A stretch of DNA of 64,000 nt, taken from contig OZ024742.1 of assembly GCA_964016885.1 (NCBI GenBank), forward strand, positions 331,452,001-331,516,000, read 5' to 3'. Source of the DNA: Eledone cirrhosa (Eukaryota). The notes beneath the pieces were generated by a model. The model saw only the letters and a list, made by a program, of their open reading frames with translations. It did no database searches and was not told the DNA's origin. Positions 40,757 to 53,700 of this stretch are shown piece by piece. Numbering within the stretch: position 1 is the stretch's first letter; every line of letters begins with the position of its first letter. The translations under genes and the position numbers were made by a program.

Positions 40757-43700
40757 TGAATATTGAAGGTTATTTTTGGCAGAAGAGAGGATTTAGTGGC
40801 AGTTGGGGTGAACACTAAACACTGAACACTGAATATTGAAGGTTATTTTTGCAGAGGAGAGGATTTAGTGGCAGTTGGGGTGAACACTGAACACTGAACA
40901 CTGAATATTGAAGGTTATTTTTGGCAGAAGACAAGATTTAGTGGCAGTTGGGGTGAACAGTGAACATTGAATTTTGAATATTGAAGGTTATTTTTGGCAG
41001 AAGAGAGGATTTAGTGGCTGTTGGGGTGAACACTGAACAGTGAACACTGAATATTGAAGGTTATTTTTGGCAGAAGAGAGGATTTAGTGGCAGTTAGGGT
41101 GAACACTGAACACTGAACATTGAATATTGAAGGTTATTTTTGCAGAAGAGAAGATTTAGTGGCAGTTGGGGTGAACACTGAACACTGAATATTGAAGGTT
41201 ATTTTTGCAGAAGAGAAGATTTAGTGGCAGTTGGGGTGAACACTGAACACTGAATATTGAAGGTTATTTTTGGCAGAAGAGTGGATTTAGTGGCAGTTGG
41301 GGTGAACACTGAACACTGAACACTGAATATTGAAGGTTATTTTTGGCAGAAGAGAGGATTTAGTGGCATTTGGGGTGAACACTGAACACTGAACACTGAA
41401 CACTGAATATTGAAGGTTATTTTTGGCAGAAGAGAGGATTTAGTGGCAGTTGGGGTGAACACTGAACACTGAACACTCAATATTGAAGATTATTTTTGTC
41501 AGAAGACAGGATTTAGTGGCAGTTGGGGTGAACACTGAACACTGATACCTGAATATTGAAGGTTATTTTTGGCAGAAGAGAGGATTTAGTGGAAGTTGGG
41601 GTGAACACTGAATATTGAAGGTTATCTTTGGCAGAAGAGAGGATTTAGTGGCAGTTGGGGTGAACACTGAACACTGAATATTGAAGGTTATTTTTGGCAG
41701 AAGAGAGGATTTAGTGGCAGTTGGGGTGAACACTGAATATTGAAGGTTATCTTTGGCAGAAGAGAGGATTTAGTGGCAGTTGGGCTGAACACTGAATATT
41801 GAATATTGAAGTTTATTTTTGCAGAAGAGAGGATTTAGTGACAGTTGGGGTGAACACTTAACACTGAATATTGAATATTGAAGGTTATTTTTGCAGAAGA
41901 GAGGATTTAGTGGCAGTTGGGGTGAACACTGAACACTGAACACTGAATATTGAATATTGAAGGTTATTTTTGCAGAAGAGAGGATTTAGTTGCAGTTGGG
42001 GTGAACAATGAACACTAAACAATAATATTGAAGGTCATTTTTGCAGAAGAGAGGATTTAGTGGCAGTTGGGGTGAACACTGAACACTGAATATTGAAGGT
42101 TATTTTTGGCAGAAGAGAGGATTTAGTGGCAGTTGGGGTGAACACTGAATATTGAAGGTTATCTTTGGCAGAAGAGAGGATTTAGTGGCAGTTGGGCTGA
42201 ACACTGAATATTGAATATTGAAGTTTATTTTTGCAGAAGAGAGGATTTAGTGACAGTTGGGGTGAACACTGAACACTGAATATTGAATATTGAAGGTTAT
42301 TTTTGCAGAAGAGAGGATTTAGTGGCAGTTGGGGTGAACACTGAACACTGAATATTGAATATTGAAGGTTATCTTTGCAGAAGAGAGGATTTAGTGGCAG
42401 TTGGGGTGAACACTGAACACTGAACACTGAATATTGAAGGTTATTTCTGGCAGAAGAGAGGATTTAGTGGCAGTTAGGGTGAACACTGAACACTGAATAT
42501 TGAATATTGAAGGTTATTTTTGGCAGAAGAGAGGATTTGGTGGCAGTTGGGGTGAACACTGAACACTGAATATTGAAGGTTATTTTTGCAGAAGAGTGGA
42601 TTTAGTGGCAGTTGGGGTGAACACTGAACACTGATCACTGAATATTGAAGGTTATTTTTGGCAGACGAGAGGATTTAGTGGCAGTTGGGGTGAACACTGA
42701 ACACTGAATATTGAATATTGAAGGTTATTTTTGCAGAAGAGAGGATTTAGTGGCAGTTGGGGTAAACACTGAACACTGAATATTGAATATTGAAGGTTAT
42801 CTTTGCAGAAGAGAGGATTTAGTGGCAGTTGGGGTGAACACTGATCACTGAATATTGAATATTGAAGGTTATTTTTGCAGAAGAGAGGATTTAGTGGCAG
42901 TTGGGGTGAACATTGAACACTGAATATTGAATATTGAAGGTTATTTTTGCATAAGAGAGGATTTAGTGGCAGTTGGGTGAACACTGAACGCTGAACACTG
43001 AATATTGAAGGTTCTTTTTGCAGAAGAGAGGATTTAGTGGCAGTTGGGGTGAACACTGAACACTGAATATTGAAGGTTATTTTTGCAGAAGAGAGGATTT
43101 AGTGGCCGTTGCGGTGAACACTGAACACTGAATATTGAATATTGAAGGTTATTTTTGCAGAAGAGAGGATTTAGTGGCAGTTGGGGTGAACACTGAACAC
43201 TGAATATTGAATATTGAAGGTTATTTTTGCAGAAGAGAGGATTAGTGGCAGTTGGGGCTAACACTGAACACTGAATATTGAATATTGAAGGTTATTTTTG
43301 CAGAAGAGAGGATTTAGTGGCTGTTGGGGTGAACACTGAACACTGAATATTGAATATTGAAGGTTATTTTTGCAGAAGAGAGGATTTAGTGGCAGTTGGG
43401 ATGAACACTGAACACTGAATATTGAATATTGAAGGTTATTTTTGCAGAAGAGAGGATTTAGTGGCAGTTGGGGTGAACACTGAACACTGAATATTGAAGG
43501 TTATTTTTGGCAGAAGAGAGGATTTAGTGGCAGTTGGGGTGAACACTGAACACTGAACACTGAACACTGAATATTGAAGGTTATTTTTGGCAGAAGAGAG
43601 GATTTAGTGGCAGTTGGGGTGAACACTAAACACTGAACACTGAATATTGAAGGTTATTTTTGCAGAGGAGAGGATTTAGTGGCAGTTGGGGTGAACACTG

Positions 43701-44860
43701 AATATTGAAGGTTATTTTTGGCAGAAGACAAGATTTAGTGGCAGTTGGGGTGAACAGTGAACATTGAATTTTGAATATTGAAGGTTATTTTTGGCAGAAG
43801 AGAGGATTTAGTGGCTGTTGGGGTGAACACTGAACAGTGAACACTGAATATTGAAGGTTATTTTTGGCAGAAGAGAGGATTTAGTGGCAGTTGGGGTGAA
43901 CACTGAACACTGAACATTGAATATTGAAGGTTATTTTTGCAGAAGAGAAGATTTAGTGGCAGTTGGGGTGAACACTGAACACTGAATATTGAAGGTTATT
44001 TTTGCAGAAGAGAAGATTTAGTGGCAGTTGGGGTGAACACTGAACACTGAATATTGAAGGTTATTTTTGGCAGAAGAGTGGATTTAGTGGCAGTTGGGGT
44101 GAACACTGAACACTGAACACTGAATATTGAAGGTTATTTTTGGCAGAAGAGAGGATTTAGTGGCATTTGGGGTGAACACTGAACACTGAACACTGAACAC
44201 TGAATATTGAAGGTTATTTTTGTCAGAAGAGAGGATTTAGTGGCAGTTGGGGTGAACACTGAACACTGAACACTCAATATTGAAGATTATTTTTGTCAGA
44301 AGACAGGATTTAGTGGCAGTTGGGGTGAACACTGAACACTGATACCTGAATATTGAAGGTTATTTTTGGCAGAAGAGAGGATTTAGTGGAAGTTGGGGTG
44401 AACACTGAATATTGAAGGTTATCTTTGGCAGAAGAGAGGATTTAGTGGCAGTTGGGGTGAACACTGAACACTGAATATTGAAGGTTATTTTTGGCAGAAG
44501 AGAGGATTTAGTGGCAGTTGGGGTGAACACTGAATATTGAAGGTTATCTTTGGCAGAAGAGAGGATTTAGTGGCAGTTGGGCTGAACACTGAATATTGAA
44601 TATTGAAGTTTATTTTTGCAGAAGAGAGGATTTAGTGACAGTTGGGGTGAACACTGAACACTGAATATTGAATATTGAAGGTTATTTTTGCAGAAGAGAG
44701 GATTTAGTGGCAGTTGGGGTGAACACTGAACACTGAATATTGAATATTGAAGGTTATTTTTGCAGAAGAGAGGATTTAGTGGCAGTTGGGGTGAACAATG
44801 AACACTGAACAATAATATTGAAGGTTATTTTTGCAGAAGAGAGGATTTAGTGGCAGTTGG
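39500..44860 (+). repeat. Higher-order duplication, offset about 2.8 kb (2810, shifting to about 2790-2797 after heptamer indels)
   Basis: ORF pairs 39842/42652 and 40224/43034 are offset by 2810. GTGGAAGTT at about 41589 and 44386. AACAATAAT monomer at about 42002 and 44792. Confidence 0.82.
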
Positions 44861-47800
44861 GGTGAACACTGAACACTGAATATTGAATATTGAAGGTTAT
44901 TTTTGGCAGAAGAGAGGATTTAGTGGCAGTTGGGGTGAACACTGAACACTGATCACTGAACATTGAAGGTTATTTTTGGCAGACGAGAGGATTTAGTGGC
45001 AGTTGGGGTGAACACTGAACACTGAATATTGAATATTGAAGGTTATTTTTGCAGAAGAGAGGATTTAGTGGCAGTTGGGGTGAACACTGAACACTGAATA
45101 TTGAATATTGAAGGTTATCTTTGCAGAAGAGAGGATTTAGTGGCAGTTGGGGTGAACACTGAATATTGAAGGTTATCTTTGGCAGAAGAGAGGATTTAGT
45201 GGCAGTTGGGGTGAACACTGAATATTGAATATTGAAGTTTATTTTTGAGGAAGAGAGGATTTAGTGACAGTTGGGGTGAACACTGAACACTGAATATTGA
45301 ATATTGAAGGTTATTTTTGCAGAAGAGAGGATTTAGTGGCAGTTGGGGTGAACACTGAACACTGAATATTGAATATTGAAGGTTATCTTTGCAGAAGAGA
45401 GGATTTAGTGGCAGCTGGGGTGAACACTGAATATTGAAGGTTATCTTTGGCAGAAGAGAGGATTTAGTGGCAGTTGGGGTGAACACTGAATATTGAATAT
45501 TGAAGTTTATTTTTGCAGAAGAGAGGATTTAGTGACAGTTGGGGTGAACACTGAACACTGAATATTGAATATTGAAGGTTATTTTTGCAGAAGAGAGGAT
45601 TTAGTGGCAGTTGGGGTGAACACTGAACACTGAATATTGAAGGTTATTTTTGCAGAAGAGAGGATTTAGTGGCAGTTGGGGTGAACACTGAACACTGATC
45701 ACTGAATATTGAAGGTTATTTTTGGCAGACGAGAGGATTTAGTGGCAGTTGGGGTGAACACTGAACACTGAATATTGAATATTGAAGGTTATTTTTGCAG
45801 AAGAGAGGATTTAGTGGCAGTTGGGGTGAACACTGAACACTGAATATTGAATATTGAAGGTTATCTTTGCAGAAGAGAGGATTTAGTGGCAGTTGGGGTG
45901 AACACTGAATATTGAAGGTTATCTTTGGCAGAAGAGAGGATTTAGTAGCAGGTGGGGTGAACACTGAATATTGAATATTGAAGTTTATTTTTGCAGAAGA
46001 GAGGATTTAGTGACAGTTGGGGTGAACACTGAACACTGAATATTGAATATTGAAGGTTATTTTTGCAGAAGAGAGGATTTAGTGGCAGTTGGGGTGAACA
46101 CTGATCACTGAATATTGAATATTGAAGGTTATTTTTGCAGAAGAGAGGATTTAGTGGCAGTTGGGGTGAACACTGAACACTGAATATTGAATATTGAAGG
46201 TTATTTTTGCAGAAGAGAGGATTTAGTGGCAGTTGGGGTGAACACTGAACACTGAACACTGAATATTGAAGGTTATTTTTGCAGAAGAGAGGATTTAGTG
46301 GCAGTTGGGGTGAACACTGAACACTGAATATTGAATATTGAAGGTTATTTTTGGCAGAAGAGAGGATTTAGTGGCAATTGGGGTGAACATTGAACACTGA
46401 ATATTGAAGGTTATTTTTGCAGAAGAGAGGATTTAGTGGCAGTTGGGGTGAACACTGAACACTGATCACTGAATATTGAAGGTTATTTTTGGCAGACGAG
46501 AGGATTTAGTGGCAGTTGGGGTGAACACTGAACACTGAATATTGAATATTGAAGGTTATTTTTGCAGAAGAGAGGATTTAGTGGCAGTTGGGGTGAACAC
46601 TGAACTCTGAATATTGAATATTGAAGGTTATATTTGCAGAAGAGAGGATTTAGTGGCAGTTGGGGTGAACACTGATCACTGAATATTGAATATTGAAGGT
46701 TATTTTTGCAGAAGAGAGGATTTAGTGGCAGTTGGGGTGAACACTGAACACTGAATATTGAATATTGAAGGTTATTTTTGCAGAAGAGAGGATTTAGTGG
46801 CAGTTGGGGTGAACACTGAACACTGAACACTGAATATTGAAGGTTATTTTTGCAGAAGAGAGGATTTAGTGGCAGTTGGGGTGAACACTGAACACTGAAT
46901 ATTGAATATTGAAGGTTATTTTTGTCAGAAGAGAGGATTTAGTGGCAGTTGGGGTGAACACTGAACACTGATACCTGAATATTGAAGGTTATTTTTGGCA
47001 GAAGAGAGGATTTAGTGGCAGTTGGGGTGAACACTGAATATTGAAGGTTATTTTTGGCAGAAGAGAGGATTTAGTGGCAATTGGGGTGAACACTGAACAC
47101 TGAATATTGAAGGTTATTTTTGCAGAAGAGAGGATTTAGTGGCAGTTGGGGTGAACACTGAACACTGATCACTGAATATTGAAGGTTATTTTTGGCAGAC
47201 GAGAGGATTTAGTGGCAGTTGGGGTGAACACTGAACACCGAATATTGAATATTGAAGGTTATTTTTGCAGAAGAGAGGATTTAGTGGCAGTTGGGGTGAA
47301 CACTGAACTCTGAATATTGAATATTGAAGGTTATTTTTGCAGAAGAGAGGATTTAGTGGCAGTTGGGGTGAACACTGAACACTGAACACTGAATATTGAA
47401 GGTTATTTTTGCAGAAGAGAGGATTTAGTGGCAGTTGGGGTGAACACTGAACACTGAATATTGAATATTGAAGGTTATTTTTGTCAGAAGAGAGGATTTA
47501 GTGGCAGTTGGGGTGAACACTGAACACTGATACCTGAATATTGAAGGTTATTTTTGGCAGAAGAGAGGATTTAGTGGCAGTTGGGGTGAACACTGAATAT
47601 TGAAGGTTATCTTTGGCAGAAGAGAGGATTTAGTGGCAGTTGGGGTGAACACTGAACACTGAATATTGAAGGTTATTTTTGGCAGAAGAGAGGATTTAGT
47701 GGCAGTTGGGGTGAACACTGAATATTGAAGGTTATCTTTGGCAGAAGAGAGGATTTAGTGGCAGTTGGGCTGAACACTGAATATTGAATATTGAAGTTTA

Positions 47801-50800
47801 TTTTTGCAGAAGAGAGGATTTAGTGACAGTTGGGGTGAACACTGAACACTGAATATTGAATATTGAAGGTTATTTTTGCAGAAGAGAGGATTTAGTGGCA
47901 GTTGGGGTGAACACTGAACTCTGAATATTGAATATTGAAGGTTATCTTTGCAGAAGAGAGGATTTAGTGGCAGTTGGGGTGAACACTGATCACTGAATAT
48001 TGAATATTGAAGGTTATTTTTGCAGAAGAGAGGATTTAGTGGCAGTTGGGGTGAACACTGAACACTGAATATTGAATATTGAAGGTTATTTTTGCAGAAG
48101 AGAGGATTTAGTGGCAGTTGGGGTGAACACTGAACACTGAACACTGAATATTGAAGGTTATTTTTGCAGAAGAGAGGATTTAGTGGCAGTTGGGGTGAAC
48201 ACTGAACACTGAATATTGAATATTGAAGGTTATTTTTGTCAGAAGAGAGGATTTAGTGGCAGTTGGGGTGAACACTGAACACTGATACCTGAATATTGAA
48301 GGTTATTTTTGGCAGAAGAGAGGATTTAGTGGCAGTTGGGGTGAACACTGAATATTGAAGGTTATCTTTGGCAGAAGAGAGGATTTAGTGGCAGTTGGGT
48401 TGAACACTGAACACTGAATATTGAAGGTTATTTTTGGCAGAAGAGAGGATTTAGTGGCAGTTGGGGTGAACACTGAATATTGAAGGTTATTTTTGGCAGA
48501 AGAGAGGATTTAGTGGCAGTTGGGGTGAACACTGAACACTGATCACTGAATATTGAAGGTTATTTTTGGCAGACGAGAGGATTTAGTGGCAGTTGGGGTG
48601 AACACTGAACACCGAATATTGAATATTGAAGGTTATTTTTGCAGAAGAGAGGATTTAGTGGCAGTTGGGGTGAACACTGAACTCTGAATATTGAATATTG
48701 AAGGTTATCTTTGCAGAAGAGAGGATTTAGTGGCAGTTGGGGTGAACACTGATCACTGAATATTGAATATTGAAGGTTATTTTTGCAGAAGAGAGGATTT
48801 AGTGGCAGTTGGGGTGAACACTGATCACTGAATATTGAATATTGAAGGTTATTTTTGTCAGAAGAGAGGATTTAGTGGCAGTTGGGGTGAACACTGAACA
48901 CTGAACACTCAATATTGAAGATTATTTTTGTCAGAAGACAGGATTTAGTGGCAGTTGGGGTGAACACTGAACACTGATACCTGAATATTGAAGGTTATTT
49001 TTGGCAGAAGAGAGGATTTAGTGGAAGTTGGGGTGAACACTGAATATTGAAGGTTATCTTTGGCAGAAGAGAGGATTTAGTGGCAGTTGGGGTGAACACT
49101 GAACACTGAATATTGAAGGTTATTTTTGGCAGAAGAGAGGATTTAGTGGCAGTTGGGGTGAACACTGAATATTGAAGGTTATCTTTGGCAGAAGAGAGGA
49201 TTTAGTGGCAGTTGGGCTGAACACTGAATATTGAATATTGAAGTTTATTTTTGCAGAAGAGAGGATTTAGTGACAGTTGGGGTGAACACTGAACACTGAA
49301 TATTGAATATTGAAGGTTATTTTTGCAGAAGAGAGGATTTAGTGGCAGTTGGGGTGAACACTGAACACTGAATATTGAATATTGAAGGTTATTTTTGCAG
49401 AAGAGAGGATTTAGTGGCAGTTGGGGTGAACAATGAACACTGAACAATAATATTGAAGGTTATTTTTGCAGAAGAGAGGATTTAGTGGCAGTTGGGGTGA
49501 ACACTGAACACTGAATATTGAATATTGAAGGTTATTTTTGGCAGAAGAGAGGATTTAGTGGCAGTTGGGGTGAACACTGAACACTGATCACTGAACATTG
49601 AAGGTTATTTTTGGCAGACGAGAGGATTTAGTGGCAGTTGGGGTGAACACTGAACACTGAATATTGAATATTGAAGGTTATTTTTGCAGAAGAGAGGATT
49701 TAGTGGCAGTTGGGGTGAACACTGAACACTGAATATTGAATATTGAAGGTTATCTTTGCAGAAGAGAGGATTTAGTGGCAGTTGGGGTGAACACTGAATA
49801 TTGAAGGTTATCTTTGGCAGAAGAGAGGATTTAGTGGCAGTTGGGGTGAACACTGAATATTGAATATTGAAGTTTATTTTTGAGGAAGAGAGGATTTAGT
49901 GACAGTTGGGGTGAACACTGAACACTGAATATTGAATATTGAAGGTTATTGTTGCAGAAGAGAGGATTTAGTGGCAGTTGGGGTGAACACTGAACACTGA
50001 ATATTGAAGGTTATTTTTGCAGAAGAGAGGATTTAGTGGCAGTTGGGGTGAACACTGAACACTGATCACTGAATATTGAAGGTTATTTTTGGCAGACGAG
50101 AGGATTTAGTGGCAGTTGGGGTGAACACTGAACACTGAATATTGAATATTGAAGGTTATTTTTGCAGAAGAGAGGATTTAGTGGCAGTTGGGGTGAACAC
50201 TGAACACTGAATATTGAATATTGAAGGTTATCTTTGCAGAAGAGAGGATTTAGTGGCAGCTGGGGTGAACACTGAATATTGAAGGTTATCTTTGGCAGAA
50301 GAGAGGATTTAGTGGCAGTTGGGGTGAACACTGAATATTGAATATTGAAGTTTATTTTTGCAGAAGAGAGGATTTAGTGACAGTTGGGGTGAACACTGAA
50401 CACTGAATATTGAATATTGAAGGTTATTTTTGCAGAAGAGAGGATTTAGTGGCAGTTGGGGTGAACACTGAACACTGAATATTGAAGGTTATTTTTGCAG
50501 AAGAGAGGATTTAGTGGCAGTTGGGGTGAACACTGAACACTGATCACTGAATATTGAAGGTTATTTTTGGCAGACGAGAGGATTTAGTGGCAGTTGGGGT
50601 GAACACTGAACACTGAATATTGAATATTGAAGGTTATTTTTGCAGAAGAGAGGATTTAGTGGCAGTTGGGGTGAACACTGAACACTGAATATTGAATATT
50701 GAAGGTTATCTTTGCAGAAGAGAGGATTTAGTGGCAGTTGGGGTGAACACTGAATATTGAAGGTTATCTTTGGCAGAAGAGAGGATTTAGTAGCAGGTGG

Positions 50801-53700
50801 GGTGAACACTGAATATTGAATATTGAAGTTTATTTTTGCAGAAGAGAGGATTTAGTGACAGTTGGGGTGAACACTGAACACTGAATATTGAATATTGAAG
50901 GTTATTTTTGCAGAAGAGAGGATTTAGTGGCAGTTGGGGTGAACACTGATCACTGAATATTGAATATTGAAGGTTATTTTTGCAGAAGAGAGGATTTAGT
51001 GGCAGTTGGGGTGAACACTGAACACTGAATATTGAATATTGAAGGTTATTTTTGCAGAAGAGAGGATTTAGTGGCAGTTGGGGTGAACACTGAACACTGA
51101 ACACTGAATATTGAAGGTTATTTTTGCAGAAGAGAGGATTTAGTGGCAGTTGGGGTGAACACTGAACACTGAATATTGAATATTGAAGGTTATTTTTGGC
51201 AGAAGAGAGGATTTAGTGGCAATTGGGGTGAACATTGAACACTGAATATTGAAGGTTATTTTTGCAGAAGAGAGGATTTAGTGGCAGTTGGGGTGAACAC
51301 TGAACACTGATCACTGAATATTGAAGGTTATTTTTGGCAGACGAGAGGATTTAGTGGCAGTTGGGGTGAACACTGAACACTGAATATTGAATATTGAAGG
51401 TTATTTTTGCAGAAGAGAGGATTTAGTGGCAGTTGGGGTGAACACTGAACTCTGAATATTGAATATTGAAGGTTATATTTGCAGAAGAGAGGATTTAGTG
51501 GCAGTTGGGGTGAACACTGATCACTGAATATTGAATATTGAAGGTTATTTTTGCAGAAGAGAGGATTTAGTGGCAGTTGGGGTGAACACTGAACACTGAA
51601 TATTGAATATTGAAGGTTATTTTTGCAGAAGAGAGGATTTAGTGGCAGTTGGGGTGAACACTGAACACTGAACACTGAATATTGAAGGTTATTTTTGCAG
51701 AAGAGAGGATTTAGTGGCAGTTGGGGCGAACACTGAACACTGAATATTGAATATTGAAGGTTATTTTTGTCAGAAGAGAGGATTTAGTGGCAGTTGGGGT
51801 GAACACTGAACACTGATACCTGAATATTGAAGGTTATTTTTGGCAGAAGAGAGGATTTAGTGGCAGTTGGGGTGAACACTGAATATTGAAGGTTATTTTT
51901 GGCAGAAGAGAGGATTTAGTGGCAATTGGGGTGAACACTGAACACTGAATATTGAAGGTTATTTTTGCAGAAGAGAGGATTTAGTGGCAGTTGGGGTGAA
52001 CACTGAACACTGATCACTGAATATTGAAGGTTATTTTTGGCAGACGAGAGGATTTAGTGGCAGTTGGGGTGAACACTGAACACCGAATATTGAATATTGA
52101 AGGTTATTTTTGCAGAAGAGAGGATTTAGTGGCAGTTGGGGTGAACACTGAACTCTGAATATTGAATATTGAAGGTTATTTTTGCAGAAGAGAGGATTTA
52201 GTGGCAGTTGGGGTGAACACTGAACACTGAACACTGAATATTGAAGGTTATTTTTGCAGAAGAGAGGATTTAGTGGCAGTTGGGGTGAACACTGAACACT
52301 GAATATTGAATATTGAAGGTTATTTTTGTCAGAAGAGAGGATTTAGTGGCAGTTGGGGTGAACACTGAACACTGATACCTGAATATTGAAGGTTATTTTT
52401 GGCAGAAGAGAGGATTTAGTGGCAGTTGGGGTGAACACTGAATATTGAAGGTTATCTTTGGCAGAAGAGAGGATTTAGTGGCAGTTGGGGTGAACACTGA
52501 ACACTGAATATTGAAGGTTATTTTTGGCAGAAGAGAGGATTTAGTGGCAGTTGGGGTGAACACTGAATATTGAAGGTTATCTTTGGCAGAAGAGAGGATT
52601 TAGTGGCAGTTGGGCTGAACACTGAATATTGAATATTGAAGTTTATTTTTGCAGAAGAGAGGATTTAGTGACAGTTGGGGTGAACACTGAACACTGAATA
52701 TTGAATATTGAAGGTTATTTTTGCAGAAGAGAGGATTTAGTGGCAGTTGGGGTGAACACTGAACTCTGAATATTGAATATTGAAGGTTATCTTTGCAGAA
52801 GAGAGGATTTAGTGGCAGTTGGGGTGAACACTGATCACTGAATATTGAATATTGAAGGTTATTTTTGCAGAAGAGAGGATTTAGTGGCAGTTGGGGTGAA
52901 CACTGAACACTGAATATTGAATATTGAAGGTTATTTTTGCAGAAGAGAGGATTTAGTGGCAGTTGGGGTGAACACTGAACACTGAACACTGAATATTGAA
53001 GGTTATTTTTGCAGAAGAGAGGATTTAGTGGCAGTTGGGGTGAACACTGAACACTGAATATTGAATATTGAAGGTTATTTTTGTCAGAAGAGAGGATTTA
53101 GTGGCAGTTGGGGTGAACACTGAACACTGATACCTGAATATTGAAGGTTATTTTTGGCAGAAGAGAGGATTTAGTGGCAGTTGGGGTGAACACTGAATAT
53201 TGAAGGTTATCTTTGGCAGAAGAGAGGATTTAGTGGCAGTTGGGTTGAACACTGAACACTGAATATTGAAGGTTATTTTTGGCAGAAGAGAGGATTTAGT
53301 GGCAGTTGGGGTGAACACTGAATATTGAAGGTTATTTTTGGCAGAAGAGAGGATTTAGTGGCACTTGGGGTGAACACTGAACACTGAATATTGAAGGTTA
53401 TTTTTGCAGAAGAGAGGATTTAGTGGCAGTTGGGGTGAACACTGAACACTGATCACTGAATATTGAAGGTTATTTTTGGCAGACGAGAGGATTTAGTGGC
53501 AGTTGGGGTGAACACTGAACACCGAATATTGAATATTGAAGGTTATTTTTGCAGAAGAGAGGATTTAGTGGCAGTTGGGGTGAACACTGAACTCTGAATA
53601 TTGAATATTGAAGGTTATCTTTGCAGAAGAGAGGATTTAGTGGCAGTTGGGGTGAACACTGATCACTGAATATTGAATATTGAAGGTTATTTTTGCAGAA
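44205..53700 (+). repeat. Tandem duplication of about 4.6-4.9 kb (offset 4635, then 4845 after a 210-bp three-monomer indel)
   Basis: ORF pairs 44567/49202 and 44970/49605 are offset by 4635. Pairs 45716/50561, 45942/50787, 46483/51328, 47186/52031 and 47755/52600 are offset by 4845. Private variant TAGTAGCAGGT is present in both copies. Confidence 0.9.

Larger units (their letters stand above)
19500..44200 (+). repeat. Satellite domain 3: subfamily marked by GCAGAGGAGAGG, GAAGACAAGA, CACTCAA..GAAGATT and GCATAAG/AACGCTG/GGTTCTTTT
   Basis: GCAGAGGAG seen at about 19755, 21942, 23704, 27467, 27845, 30163, 32554, 35652, 40851 and 43662 and not elsewhere. The AACGCTG/GGTTCTTTT monomer is confined to about 21-43 kb. 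Confidence 0.8.
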
